A stretch of DNA of 64,000 bases from a bacterium (GCA_963588685.1 CAVAID010000001.1:10304-74303), one strand, 5' to 3'. Counted from the first letter of the stretch, positions 9,996 to 21,426 are shown. The notes: generated from the letters alone by a model not told the origin. Numbers and translations: made by a program.

Positions 9996-11609
9996 ATGAA
10001 CACGAAGTATATTTTTGTAACGGGAGGAGTGGCATCGTCACTCGGTAAAGGCATTATCGCCGCTTCGCTGGCTAAGCTCCTGCAAGCCAGAGGATTAAGA
10101 GTCACAATCCAGAAGTTTGACCCCTATATCAACATAGACCCCGGAACGCTCAATCCCTATGAGCACGGAGAGTGCTATGTCACGGAAGACGGCGCCGAGA
10201 CCGATCTCGACCTCGGACACTACGAGCGCTTCCTCGGAGTCCACACTTCCAAGGCCAACAATGTCACCACCGGCAAGATATACTACACCGTCATCACCAA
10301 GGAGAGGGAGGGCGCGTATCTGGGCAAGACAGTGCAGATAGTCCCTCACATCACCGACGAAATCAAGCGCCGCATGCTCCTGCTCGGCAAAACGGGCAAA
10401 TATGATGTGATCATCACCGAGATCGGAGGCACCGTCGGCGATATGGAGTCCCAGCCTTTCGTGGAGGCCGTGCGCCAGCTCCAGTGGGAGCTCCCGGAGG
10501 AGGACTGCATGTCCATTCACCTTACTCTGGTACCATATCTCAGCGCCGCCAAGGAGCTTAAGACCAAGCCTACGCAGCATTCAGTGCAGATGCTCCAGCA
10601 GTCCGGAGTACAGCCGGACGTGATAGTCTGCCGCACCGAGCACCCGCTTACCGCCGAGCTCCGCAAGAAGGTCGCGCTCTTCTGCAACGTCAAGCCCGGC
10701 CACGTCATCCAGTCAATCGATGCGTGGAGCATCTATCAGGTGCCGCTCAATATGCACGAGGAGCATCTCGACGAGCTGGTGGTGCGCCATCTGCAGATCG
10801 AGAACTTCACCCAGCCGGACCTCTCCGACTGGAACGCCTTCCTGAGCCGTCTCAAGCATCCTAAATCCGAGGTTGACATAGCCCTCGTGGGCAAATATGT
10901 CGAGCTCCAGGACGCCTACAAGTCCATACTTGAATCCTTCGTGCACGCCGGCGCAGCCAACGAGTGCAAGGTCAAGGTGCACACCGTCCACAGCGAGCAC
11001 ATAGACGAGAGCAACGCTGAAGAGATTCTCGGCAAGATGGACGGAATCCTCGTGGCCCCCGGCTTCGGCGAGAGGGGACTGGAGGGCAAGATAGTAGCCA
11101 TCAAATACGCCCGCGAGCACAATGTGCCGTTCTTCGGCATCTGCCTCGGAATGCAGATGTGCGTCGTGGAGTTTGCCCGCAATGTGCTGGGATTCAAGGA
11201 CGCGGCTTCCGCAGAAGTCAATCCGAAATCCACCCACGCCGTCATAGCCCTTATGGAGGACCAGAAGTCCACGACCATCAAGGGAGGCACCATGAGGCTC
11301 GGGGCCTATGACTGCGAACTCAAGGAGGGCTCGCTCGCCCACAAGATCTACGGCAGCACCCTTATCTCCGAGAGGCACCGTCACCGCTACGAGTTCAACT
11401 CCGAGTTCCTCGAGGATTTCGAGAAGGCGGGTCTCGTAGCCACCGGACGCAACCCGCAGACCGGACTCGTGGAAGTTGTGGAACTTCCTAAGCACCCGTT
11501 CTTTATCGGCGTGCAGTTCCATCCGGAATTCAAGAGCACCCCTGAGCACCCGCAGCCTATCTTCACCGCCTTCGTCAAGGCGGCGATGGAGCGCAAGGCC
11601 AAGGCATAA
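9996..11609 (+). CDS. pyrG: CTP synthase
   Basis: KYIFVTGGVASSLGKG, DPYINIDPGT, GICLGMQ, ERHRHRYE, QFHPE. Confidence 0.98.
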   Translation: MNTKYIFVTGGVASSLGKGIIAASLAKLLQARGLRVTIQKFDPYINIDPGTLNPYEHGECYVTEDGAETDLDLGHYERFLGVHTSKANNVTTGKIYYTVITKEREGAYLGKTVQIVPHITDEIKRRMLLLGKTGKYDVIITEIGGTVGDMESQPFVEAVRQLQWELPEEDCMSIHLTLVPYLSAAKELKTKPTQHSVQMLQQSGVQPDVIVCRTEHPLTAELRKKVALFCNVKPGHVIQSIDAWSIYQVPLNMHEEHLDELVVRHLQIENFTQPDLSDWNAFLSRLKHPKSEVDIALVGKYVELQDAYKSILESFVHAGAANECKVKVHTVHSEHIDESNAEEILGKMDGILVAPGFGERGLEGKIVAIKYAREHNVPFFGICLGMQMCVVEFARNVLGFKDAASAEVNPKSTHAVIALMEDQKSTTIKGGTMRLGAYDCELKEGSLAHKIYGSTLISERHRHRYEFNSEFLEDFEKAGLVATGRNPQTGLVEVVELPKHPFFIGVQFHPEFKSTPEHPQPIFTAFVKAAMERKAKA

Positions 11610-11633
11610 GCCATTACAGGACATATTTATACG

Positions 11634-11756
11634 ACAAATCCCCGCTGTCTCAGCGGGGATTTACGGTTAGTTAGTAGTGTATTACCTTATAGAAGGTTAA
11701 TTATTGTTGGTTAGATGGCTCCAGTCGAAACCGGAGCTAGAGTTGTTTCATTTCCG
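11634..11756 (-). ncRNA. Candidate sRNA 1 (C/A-rich core)
   Basis: Minus-strand ATTG-N19-TACCTTTG promoter (-7 at 11761-11768), stem GCUCCGGU-UUCG-ACUGGAGC (11718-11737), terminator; only a 4-codon ORF; ends approximate. Confidence 0.6.
11636..11662. terminator. Hairpin terminator shared by pyrG and a convergent sRNA
   Basis: AAATCCCCGCTG-TCT-CAGCGGGGATTT perfect stem; short U-tracts on both strands. Confidence 0.7.
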
Positions 11757-11884
11757 ATGACAAAGGTACGCACTATTTTTGGATATGCAATACTTTTTCA
11801 AAATTTTTTCAAAGAGTTTTGCTTTGTTATTAAAAATATTTAAAAACTCAAGTCGCGAAAAAGCAGCAAAACGGCATTACAGAG

Positions 11885-12571
11885 CTATTTGTCCGCGTTT
11901 TTGAGCAATTCCGGCCGGAGCAGTCTGGTACGTTCCAGGGCCTGTTCGTCCTGCCAGGCGCGGATCAGCTTGGGGTTGCCGCTGAGCAGCACGTCCGGCA
12001 CCTTCCATCCGTTGAACTCCGCCGGCCTCGTATAGACGGGAGGGGAGAGCAGATTGTCCTGGAAGCTGTCGGAGAGGGCGGAGGTCTCGTCGGTGAGCGC
12101 CCCCGGTATCAGCCGCACTATGGAGTCCGCGAGCAGCGCCGCAGGGATTTCACCTCCGCTCACCACATAGTCCCCGACGGAGATTTCGCGGGTGATCAGG
12201 TGCTCGCGGATGCGGTGGTCGATGCCCTTGTAATGGCCGCAGAGTATCATTATGTTCTCCTTAAGGGACAGGGAGTTGGAGATGCCCTGGTTGAGCCTCT
12301 CGCCGTCGGGCGACATATAGATTATTTCATCGTAGCTCCGCTGCGCCTTGAGCTCCTCCATCATCCTGAAGACCGGCTCGATGGTCATCACCATCCCGGC
12401 GTCCCCGCCGTAGCTGTAGTCGTCCACGTTCTTCCTCGGCCCGAGCCCGTATTTGCGCAGGTCGTGCACCTCGATTTCGACGAGTCCCTTCTTTATCGCG
12501 CGTCCCACGATGGAGTGGGAAAGGGGGCTGTCGAGGAGTTCCGGCACTACCGTAAGTATGTCAATTCTCAT
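11885..12571 (-). CDS. trmD: tRNA (guanine37-N1)-methyltransferase
   Basis: [38 protein letters not shown]. Confidence 0.97.
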   Translation of the reverse strand: MRIDILTVVPELLDSPLSHSIVGRAIKKGLVEIEVHDLRKYGLGPRKNVDDYSYGGDAGMVMTIEPVFRMMEELKAQRSYDEIIYMSPDGERLNQGISNSLSLKENIMILCGHYKGIDHRIREHLITREISVGDYVVSGGEIPAALLADSIVRLIPGALTDETSALSDSFQDNLLSPPVYTRPAEFNGWKVPDVLLSGNPKLIRAWQDEQALERTRLLRPELLKNADK

Positions 12572-12669
12572 AAATACTATATTTTCTGCAAAGTTAGTGA
12601 CTCTTTCGGGGTTTTTCCAATCAAAATTAGTATATTTGTGAGTTATAACAAACCATTAACTCTGATATT

Positions 12670-14541
12670 ATGAGCGAAAACATCATCCCTGAAAAGATCC
12701 AAGAGGTCGTTTCAGATGTAGCCGAAAAGCTTGCCGACAAGGTTGACGAACTCTCCGACAAGGCCGAAGAGCTCTCTGACAAGCTTAGCGATAAGGTCGA
12801 AGAAATCTCCGACAAACTTAGCGACAAAGCCGAAGAGCTCAGCGACAAGCTGGGTGACAAGGCCGAAGAAGTCTCCGACAAGGCCGAAGACCTGTCAGAC
12901 AAGTCGCTTGCCGAGCTTTCCGACCTCTTTGTCAAACTGAAGTCCGGCGCGGACAGCATGACGCGCTCCAAGGAGGCCGAAGCCATCAAATCGGCTTTCT
13001 ACAAGCTCCTCGCCAAACTCAAGGGGGAGAGCGGAGCCGAGTCCGAGAGCAGCATCGACAACCCGTTCGAGGCTGTGGAGCAGAACTTCAAGGCAATGTA
13101 TGCCGACTACAAGAAGGAGCGTGCCGAGTTCAACAGGCAGCAGGATGAGCAGCGCGAGGCCAACAAGCAGAAGAAGGAGGCCATCATCGAGGAGCTCAAG
13201 ACTCTTGTCGAGGGCCAGGAGGATGTCAGCGCCCGGTTCCCTCTGTTCAGAGATATCCAGAACCGTTGGAGAGAGGCAGGCCCGGTGCCTGTCAAGGACT
13301 ACCGCGATATCAACGACAGATATCAGCTCTATGTAGAGAAGTTCTACGACCTGGTCAAGATCAACCGCGACCTGCGCGACCTTGACTTCCGCAAGAACCT
13401 CGAGGCCAAGGAGGCGTTCTGCGAGGCGGCGGAGAAGCTTGCCGAGAACGAGAATGTCGTAGCCGCATTCCACGAGCTCCAGAAGCTGCACGAGCAGTGG
13501 AAGGAGTACGGTCCGGTGGCCAAGGAGAAGAGGGATGACATCTGGAACCGCTTCAAGGCGGCCACGGCCGTCATAAACAAGAAATATCAGGCTCACTTCG
13601 AAGGCCTCAAGGAGCAGCAGGAGGAGAACCTCGAGAAGAAGAAGGCCCTCTGCGAGAAGCTTGAGGAGATTGCCGCCAGGGAGGTGACTTCCTCCTCCGA
13701 GTGGAACGCCCTCTCCAAGGAGATTGAGGACCTGCAGGCCGAGTGGCGCAAGATCGGCTTCGCCACCAAGAAGGAGAACCAGAAGATATACGACCGCTTC
13801 CGTGCCGCGTGCGACGCGTTCTTCGGCAAGAAGAGGGAGTTCTATTCTTCAATAAAGGACAATATGACCGCCAACCTCGAGAAGAAGCAGGCTCTCATCG
13901 AGCAGGCCGAGGCTCTCAAGGACAGCACCGAGTGGAAGAAGACCACCGACCAGTTCATCGCCCTGCAGAAGCAGTGGAAGGAAATCGGGGCGGTGCCTCG
14001 CAAGAAGTCCGACCAGCTCTGGAAGAAGTTCCGCGCCGCCTGCGATGAGTTCTTCGCAAACCGTGACGCCAACGCCGCCCCTGAGAACGACTTCTACTCC
14101 AACCTCAAGGCGAAGAAGAAGCTTGTCGAGGAAATCCTCGCCTTTGAGCCGGGTAATGACGAGACAGCAAATGCAGAGGCTATGCGCGGCTTCAGCGAGC
14201 GCTGGCAGGGTATAGGCCATGTGCCGTTCAAGGAGAAGGACAAGCTCAACGACGAATACCGCGAGGCGATGCAGCAGAAGTTCCCTCTCTTCGCCACAAG
14301 GCAGAGGGGCTCAGGTCAGGGCCGCAGCTCAGCTCCGGCAAGCGCCAGAGATACTCTCATCAGCAAGTATCGCGCTCTGCAGCAGAACATTACTACCTAC
14401 GAGAACAATATAGGATTTTTCTCTGCTTCCAAGAACAGTGAACCGCTCATTAAGCAGATGCAGCAGAAGATAGATCAGGCGAAGGAGGAGCTTCGTGAGC
14501 TTGAGGCCAAGATTCGTAAAGCAGAGGAGGAAGAGAAATAA
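12670..14541 (+). CDS. DUF349 domain-containing protein with N-terminal tandem repeats
   Basis: Repeated W..GPV/IGxVP...W..F..A helical units; directly upstream of yidC. Confidence 0.85.
   Translation: MSENIIPEKIQEVVSDVAEKLADKVDELSDKAEELSDKLSDKVEEISDKLSDKAEELSDKLGDKAEEVSDKAEDLSDKSLAELSDLFVKLKSGADSMTRSKEAEAIKSAFYKLLAKLKGESGAESESSIDNPFEAVEQNFKAMYADYKKERAEFNRQQDEQREANKQKKEAIIEELKTLVEGQEDVSARFPLFRDIQNRWREAGPVPVKDYRDINDRYQLYVEKFYDLVKINRDLRDLDFRKNLEAKEAFCEAAEKLAENENVVAAFHELQKLHEQWKEYGPVAKEKRDDIWNRFKAATAVINKKYQAHFEGLKEQQEENLEKKKALCEKLEEIAAREVTSSSEWNALSKEIEDLQAEWRKIGFATKKENQKIYDRFRAACDAFFGKKREFYSSIKDNMTANLEKKQALIEQAEALKDSTEWKKTTDQFIALQKQWKEIGAVPRKKSDQLWKKFRAACDEFFANRDANAAPENDFYSNLKAKKKLVEEILAFEPGNDETANAEAMRGFSERWQGIGHVPFKEKDKLNDEYREAMQQKFPLFATRQRGSGQGRSSAPASARDTLISKYRALQQNITTYENNIGFFSASKNSEPLIKQMQQKIDQAKEELRELEAKIRKAEEEEK
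12724..12905 (+). repeat. Coding tandem repeat (SDKAEEL / SDKLSDK, 7- and 11-aa units)
   Basis: KLADKVDELSDKAEELSDKLSDKVEEISDKLSDKAEELSDKLGDKAEEVSDKAEDLSDK. Confidence 0.8.
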
Positions 14542-16400
14542 TGGACAAGAATTCGGTTATCGGATTTATTCTCATTGCCCTGATATTCATAGGTTTCACT
14601 GCATTCCAGTCCAACCGTGCACGCAAATATGCGGAGCTTCAGGCCCAGCAGGACTCCATAGCGCTCGCCCAGATGCCGCAGCAGATAATGGATGCTGTGG
14701 ATTCGCTGAATGCGCTTGAGGCTTCTCCGGCAACGGACGCCCTCTCCGCTTCTCAGGCAATCTACAAGGATTCGCTCCTCGAGGCGGCTTCCAAGTCAGA
14801 GGGCAGCATCGTTACCCTCGAGAACGATGTGCTCGAGTTCAAGCTCACGACCAAGGGCGCGCAGCCTTACTCCGTGAGGCTCAAGGACTACCGCAATTAC
14901 GACAGCACCGACCTCTACCTTTTCAGGCCTGGCAAGGCTGACTATTCCGTCAGCGTATATGCGGGCGAATACATCCAGACCAAGGACTTCAATTTCGAGG
15001 TCGCCTCTCTGACGGACTCATCCGTGGTGATGAGGCTTCCGTTCGCGGGCGGCGGATATATCGAGCAGAAATACACCCTTCTTGCTGACAGCTACCGCGT
15101 TGACAACCAGCTCTCCTTCGTGGGGATGCAGGGCGTCATACCGCGCAATGTCAGCTCCGTGGACATAGATTTCGGCATGACCATGCCGCGCATGGAGAAG
15201 GGCTACAAGAACGAGACCCAGTACTCCAAGCTCGACTACTATTTCGACGGCGACAAGAAGCCTGTCGAGATCGGTCGCGGCCGCAGCGCATCCAAGAGGG
15301 TGGAGTCCAAGCTCAGCTGGTTCGCTTTCCAGCAGCAGTTCTTCTCCGCGATCGTGCGCGCCCCGCAGCAGTTCTCGTCCGGCGAAGTCAGCGTCGATTT
15401 CTTCAAGCAGGATGACCCTGAGCGCAACCTCATGACCTGCAGCGCCCTGATGCGCGCCGAGCTGGGCAGGGGAGACACCGTGATTCCGCTGGAGTTCTAC
15501 TTCGGCCCGAACCACTTCCAGACGCTCAAGAGCTATGGCCAGAAATACGAGAAGATCATCCCTCTGGGAGGCTGGCTTGTGGGCTGGTTTACGAAGTATG
15601 CCATCATTCCGATGTTCAACTTCTTCAACCGCTTCATCAGCAACTTCGGCATCATCATCCTTCTGATGACCATCGTCATCAAGCTGGTTGTGTTCCCGCT
15701 GACCTACAAGTCCTACGCTTCATCGGCCAAGATGAGCGCGCTGAAGCCTGAGCTGGACAAGCTCAACGCCAAGTTCCCTCACACCGACAACCAGCAGGAG
15801 ATGCTCAAGAAGCAGCAGGCCACGATGGACCTCTACAAGAGGGCGGGAGTCAGCCCGATGGGCGGATGTCTGCCTATGCTGCTGACCTTCCCTATACTCT
15901 GGGCGATGTTCCGCTTCTTCCCTGCGTCCATCGAGCTGCGTCAGCAGTCCTTCCTCTGGTGCCATGACCTCTCCGCCTACGATTCCATCATCGACTACGG
16001 CACGAGGATTCCGATCTTCGGAGACCACCTCTCCCTCTTCGCCCTGCTGATGGCCGTGACCATGTGGATTTACTCCAAGTTCACAATGTCCACCCAGCCT
16101 AACGCCAACGACCCGAGCGCGGCTTCGATGAGGTTCATGACGCTGTGGATGATGCCTATAATGATGTTCTTCATCTGCAACAGCCTCTCCGCAGCCCTCA
16201 GCTACTACTACCTGCTCTCCCAGCTGATCTCCATACTTCAGACCTGGCTGATCCGCAAGTCCATCAACAAGGACGCCATCCTCGAGAAAGTGCGCGCCTC
16301 CGAGGGCAAGCCTCTGCCTAAGAGCAAGTGGCAGCAGCGCCTCGAGGAAGCGCAGAAGCTCCAGGAGCAGCAGATGCGTCAGCAGCAGAAGCGCCGCTAA
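14541..16400 (+). CDS. yidC: Membrane protein insertase YidC
   Basis: N-terminal TM, large periplasmic domain, FYFGP, GGCLPML, ELRQQSFLW..DLS. Confidence 0.96.
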   Translation: MDKNSVIGFILIALIFIGFTAFQSNRARKYAELQAQQDSIALAQMPQQIMDAVDSLNALEASPATDALSASQAIYKDSLLEAASKSEGSIVTLENDVLEFKLTTKGAQPYSVRLKDYRNYDSTDLYLFRPGKADYSVSVYAGEYIQTKDFNFEVASLTDSSVVMRLPFAGGGYIEQKYTLLADSYRVDNQLSFVGMQGVIPRNVSSVDIDFGMTMPRMEKGYKNETQYSKLDYYFDGDKKPVEIGRGRSASKRVESKLSWFAFQQQFFSAIVRAPQQFSSGEVSVDFFKQDDPERNLMTCSALMRAELGRGDTVIPLEFYFGPNHFQTLKSYGQKYEKIIPLGGWLVGWFTKYAIIPMFNFFNRFISNFGIIILLMTIVIKLVVFPLTYKSYASSAKMSALKPELDKLNAKFPHTDNQQEMLKKQQATMDLYKRAGVSPMGGCLPMLLTFPILWAMFRFFPASIELRQQSFLWCHDLSAYDSIIDYGTRIPIFGDHLSLFALLMAVTMWIYSKFTMSTQPNANDPSAASMRFMTLWMMPIMMFFICNSLSAALSYYYLLSQLISILQTWLIRKSINKDAILEKVRASEGKPLPKSKWQQRLEEAQKLQEQQMRQQQKRR

Positions 16401-16404
16401 CTCT

Positions 16405-17082
16405 ATGATTAAGGAGAATATAGATAAAATTTTATGCGAACTGCCACCGGAGGTAAAACTGGTGGCAGTTTCCAAATTCCACCCTCTCGACTCCATAATG
16501 GAGGCGTACCGGGGCGGGCAACGCCGCTTTGCTGAGAACAGGCCGCAGGAGTTTGCGAAGAAATTCGAGACCCTGCACGGCGAGATGGGGGTGCCGCGCT
16601 CGGAGATAGAGTGGCATTTCATCGGACATCTCCAGACCAATAAGCTTAAACTCGTCCTGCCTTATGCCGACCTTGTGCAGTCGGTTGACAGTCAGCATCT
16701 TCTGGATGCCATAAACGATTGGGGCAAGGCGAATGACAAGATTGTTAACATCCTGCTGGAGCTCCACATCGGCGCGGAGGAGACCAAGCAGGGCTTCGTG
16801 GAGGAGGAGATTCTGGACCTTCTCTTCAGGGCCGACTCCTACCGCAATGTCCGCTTCTGCGGGCTGATGGGGATGGCGACCCACACCGACAACGAGGAGG
16901 ATATCCGCGCCGATTTCGGACGTATCAAGGCTTTCTTCGATTATCTCCGCGACCTCTTCCCCGAGCTGGAGGACTTCCGCGAACTCTCCATCGGCATGTC
17001 CGAGGACTGGCGCATCGCCGTAGAATACGGCGCCACCATAGTCCGCATCGGCACCGCCATCTTCGGTCCGAGGGAGTATTAA
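16405..17082 (+). CDS. yggS: YggS-family PLP homeostasis protein
   Basis: LVAVSKF, WHFIGHLQTNK, LSIGMSEDW, VRIGTAIFG. Confidence 0.93.
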   Translation: MIKENIDKILCELPPEVKLVAVSKFHPLDSIMEAYRGGQRRFAENRPQEFAKKFETLHGEMGVPRSEIEWHFIGHLQTNKLKLVLPYADLVQSVDSQHLLDAINDWGKANDKIVNILLELHIGAEETKQGFVEEEILDLLFRADSYRNVRFCGLMGMATHTDNEEDIRADFGRIKAFFDYLRDLFPELEDFRELSIGMSEDWRIAVEYGATIVRIGTAIFGPREY

Positions 17083-18218
17083 CCCTTCATCTCTGCGATC
17101 ATAGCAGCGGCGACTTTGCGGGAGGCGCCGCTGCCGCCGAGGGACTCGCGGATGAGGGAGTAGTCGGAGAGCATCTGAGTGCGGTAGGTCTCGTCTTCGA
17201 GCAGGCGCCTCACTTCGGCGGTGAGGCCTGTAGGGTTGAAGTCGTCCTGGATCATTTCCCTGAAGGCCATCTTGCCGAGGCAGAGGTTACCGAGCGAGAT
17301 GTATGAGATATGGCTCATTACCCTGAGGATATACTTGGCCGCGAGGTAGGTGAGGCGGGAGGTGTTCCAGCCCACCACCTGAGGGGTGCCGATTAGGGCC
17401 GCTTCCAGGGAGGCGGTGCCGGAGTTGATGACGGCGGCGTCAGCGTATTTGAGTATGTCGTAGGTGCGTCCGAAGATGAGCTTCATATTGCTCCTGCCGG
17501 CTATGAAAGCACTGTAGTCGCTCTCGGAGCGGGCCGGGGCGCCTGCAATAACGAATTGATAATCTGTGTATTGCGGCAGGGCGGAGAGATTGTCCGCAAG
17601 GGCTGTAAGCACCGGCATCATCCTCGAAATCTCAGCCTTGCGCGAGCCGGCGAGCAGGGCTATGTACTTCCCCTCGACAGGGCGGCTGAACTCGTGGGCA
17701 TCGACCGCATCGACGAGAGGGTTGCCCTCATATATGAAAGGTATGCCCTTCCGGGTGAAATACGGGATTTCGAACGGGAAGACTATGAAGAGCTTGTCCA
17801 CCCAGGCCTTGAGCTTGCGGTTGCGTCCCTCGCGGGAGGCCCAGGTCTTGGGGGCGATGTAGTAGAATACCTTTATATGGTGAGTGTGGCAGAACCGGGC
17901 AATCTTCATATTGAAGCCCGGGTAGTCGATGAGAATCACAACATCAGGCTTCCACGCGAGGATGTCCTCCTTGCAGCGGCGGATATTGCCGAGCAGCCTG
18001 AAGCCCTTGGAGAGCACTTCGGTGAGGCCCATCACGGCGCCGTCGCGGTAGTCCTGCACCAGGGTGGCGGGGGAGTGCGACTCCTCTGCGGCCGCGGACA
18101 TCATCCCGCCTCCCCAAAATCGGAACTCCGCTTCCGGGTCTTCGGCGGCGAGGCCGCGCATCAGATTGCTGCCGTGCAGGTCGCCGGAGGCTTCTCCCGC
18201 TATAAGATAGTATCGCAT
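17079..18218 (-). CDS. lpxB: Lipid-A-disaccharide synthase
   Basis: IAGEASGDLHG, IDYPGFN, GNPL, SGTASLE. Confidence 0.95.
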   Translation of the reverse strand: MRYYLIAGEASGDLHGSNLMRGLAAEDPEAEFRFWGGGMMSAAAEESHSPATLVQDYRDGAVMGLTEVLSKGFRLLGNIRRCKEDILAWKPDVVILIDYPGFNMKIARFCHTHHIKVFYYIAPKTWASREGRNRKLKAWVDKLFIVFPFEIPYFTRKGIPFIYEGNPLVDAVDAHEFSRPVEGKYIALLAGSRKAEISRMMPVLTALADNLSALPQYTDYQFVIAGAPARSESDYSAFIAGRSNMKLIFGRTYDILKYADAAVINSGTASLEAALIGTPQVVGWNTSRLTYLAAKYILRVMSHISYISLGNLCLGKMAFREMIQDDFNPTGLTAEVRRLLEDETYRTQMLSDYSLIRESLGGSGASRKVAAAMIAEMKG

Positions 18219-19024
18219 AGGCTGTTGAGCGCTTGCCTGTCGGTGTTGTCGATGTTCTGCGGGGTCACGGTGATGTAGCCCTCCTCCAGCAGATGGTGGT
18301 CGGCCGGATAGACATTGTCCCCGTTGTCGGTAAAGTCGCCCGCCATTACATAGACCTCTTCTCCCGGCTGGATATTGTCAAGGTAGGCCTGAGCCTCGCT
18401 GTCGGGAGTCCTGCCTTTCTCTTCGAGGAATTCGCTGTAAACCTTGTATTCCCGCTCCCAGTGCCCGTAGCCCATATGGCAGAACTTGACGCCCTTGATT
18501 TCGCTAGCCGGGACGGCCGGGAAGTTGATGTTGTAGAAGAGCCCGTAATGCCACTCGCTGCCGAGCAATTTCTCCAGGATGCCGGGCAGCAGGGCTTCCA
18601 CTGCCGAAAAGTCGGCGTCGGGGTTGAAAGTGTCGAGGCTCACTCCGATGGACGGGATGCCGTTGACCGCGCCCTCCATCGCCGCTCCGATGGTTCCGGA
18701 ATAAACTGAAGCTGTGGCGGCGTTGCTGCCGTGGTTGACCCCGCTGACCACCAGGTCGGCCTTCTCCGGCCAGAGGATGTTGTCCACCGCATACTTGACG
18801 CAGCTGGCCGGGGTGCCGTCGAGGTACCAGCGGCTCTCTGTATCGGAGGAGGATAGTTTCTTGACCGCAATCGGCTTGTATCCCATAGTAACGGCCATCG
18901 ACATCCCGCTCTGCGGTTTCTTGGGCGCGACCACCGTCAGGGTGCCGAATCTGCGCATTACGCGCACCAGAGCCTGCAGTCCGCGGGCCTCGAAACCGTC
19001 ATCGTTGGTTATGATTATTCGCAT
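18200..19024 (-). CDS. surE: 5'/3'-nucleotidase SurE
   Basis: TNDDG, GTPASCV, VSGVNHG.N, YSGTIGAAMEG. Confidence 0.95.
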   Translation of the reverse strand: MRIIITNDDGFEARGLQALVRVMRRFGTLTVVAPKKPQSGMSMAVTMGYKPIAVKKLSSSDTESRWYLDGTPASCVKYAVDNILWPEKADLVVSGVNHGSNAATASVYSGTIGAAMEGAVNGIPSIGVSLDTFNPDADFSAVEALLPGILEKLLGSEWHYGLFYNINFPAVPASEIKGVKFCHMGYGHWEREYKVYSEFLEEKGRTPDSEAQAYLDNIQPGEEVYVMAGDFTDNGDNVYPADHHLLEEGYITVTPQNIDNTDRQALNSLCDTIL

Positions 19025-19134
19025 ATTGAAGTATCTGATTTATTTTTTACAAAGATAATTGATTTTCAAGAGAATTTTTGATAAATTTGCACCGCTTTTT
19101 GAAAGGAAGCTTACGGTTAGGAAGTTTAGAATAA

Positions 19135-20163
<1,029 letters not shown>

Positions 20164-20186
20164 TTTCCGCTTCATTGCGACAACTT

Positions 20187-20218
20187 AAAGAGCCGGCTGA
20201 TTTCAGCCGGCTCTTTTT
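20187..20218 (+). terminator. Intrinsic terminator of gap (probably bidirectional)
   Basis: AAAGAGCCGGCTGA-TT-TCAGCCGGCTCTTTTT. Confidence 0.85.
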
Positions 20219-20235
20219 GTATGTATTTTCGTGAT

Positions 20236-21426
20236 TTACAGCATCTCCTTCAGCCTCTTGAGGGCCTCGAGGAAGTAGTAGTCGGCGTAGGTAAGAGGCA
20301 CATCGACCTCGGAATTGTTCTTGAGGTAGCCGACGCTGTGCTTGAGAAGGAAACCTCCGTTGGTGCCCGGCTCTGCCATGTACTCCGGACCGGAGAGGGT
20401 TCGCAGCTGGCGGATGGCAAGAGCCTTCCAGCGCTCGGCGTCAGCGCCCGTATCATAAGTGCTCAGCTCCAGGAAGCCTGAAGCCATGATGGCGGCGGCG
20501 GAAGCGTCGCGAGGCACATTCGGAATGTCGGGGTCATCGAAATCCCAGTAAGGGACTCCGTCCTCCGGAAGCCTCGGGTGGTTCGCGATGAAGGCGGCGA
20601 TATGCTTGGCCTGCTCGAGGAACTCCTCTTTGCCTGTCATCCTGTACATCATGGTGTATCCGTAGAGGCCCCATGCCTGTCCGCGGGCCCAGGCGGAGTC
20701 ATCGGAGTAGCCCTGAAGGGTCTGGCGGTATTCCACCTCTCCGGTCTCGGGATTGTAGGATACAACATGGTAGGTGCTGTAGTCCGGGCGGAAATGGTTG
20801 CGGATCGTGGTCTCGGCATGGCTGAGGGCGATATTGATGAGGCTGCTGTCGGCGGTCTCCTTGCCCGCCCACATCAGCATCTCGAGATTCATCATATTGT
20901 CGATGATGACAGGGTACTTCCAGTTGTCGCGCGGGTTCCAGGACATTATCGTGCCGGTCTTCCCGTTGAAGCGGGTGGCGAGGGAGTGCGCGGCATTTAC
21001 GACCATGGTCTTGTATTTCTCGTCTCCGGTGAGCCTGTAGGCGTTGCCGGCGCTGCAGAACACCATGAATCCGAGGTCGTGGGTGCTGGTGAGCCACTGG
21101 GCCGGGGCGACCCTTTCGGTGAACTGCTCCGCGTAGCTGCGGATTTCCTGATCTTCAGGATAATATTCGCTGAGCTCCCAGAGCGTGCCCGGGAAGAATC
21201 CGCATATCCAGGAGCCGTAGCCGGCGGTCTTGAGCTCTCCGTTCTCGTAGGTGCGCGGAAGCTTGCCCTCCACCGGGAGAGCGTCCTTGGCAAGGATCAT
21301 GTATTGTCCGCGGGCCCTCTCGAAAGAGCTGTCAATCATTTGATTGAGTTCGGCTGTTTCGCTTTTGCAGGCGGACAGGGCAGCCAGTGCGGCTGCAAAC
21401 AGGATGGTAAGTTTGCTTGGTTTCAT
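20236..21426 (-). CDS. GH88 unsaturated glucuronyl hydrolase, lipoprotein
   Basis: LSAC lipobox; HDLGF, IIDNMMNL, WARGQAW, DASAAAI, YADYYFLEAL. Confidence 0.9.
   Translation of the reverse strand: MKPSKLTILFAAALAALSACKSETAELNQMIDSSFERARGQYMILAKDALPVEGKLPRTYENGELKTAGYGSWICGFFPGTLWELSEYYPEDQEIRSYAEQFTERVAPAQWLTSTHDLGFMVFCSAGNAYRLTGDEKYKTMVVNAAHSLATRFNGKTGTIMSWNPRDNWKYPVIIDNMMNLEMLMWAGKETADSSLINIALSHAETTIRNHFRPDYSTYHVVSYNPETGEVEYRQTLQGYSDDSAWARGQAWGLYGYTMMYRMTGKEEFLEQAKHIAAFIANHPRLPEDGVPYWDFDDPDIPNVPRDASAAAIMASGFLELSTYDTGADAERWKALAIRQLRTLSGPEYMAEPGTNGGFLLKHSVGYLKNNSEVDVPLTYADYYFLEALKRLKEML

Noticed and set aside
12724..12905. CRISPR-like periodicity
   Set aside because: In-frame coding repeat with no unique spacers; no CRISPR array or cas gene was seen in the window.
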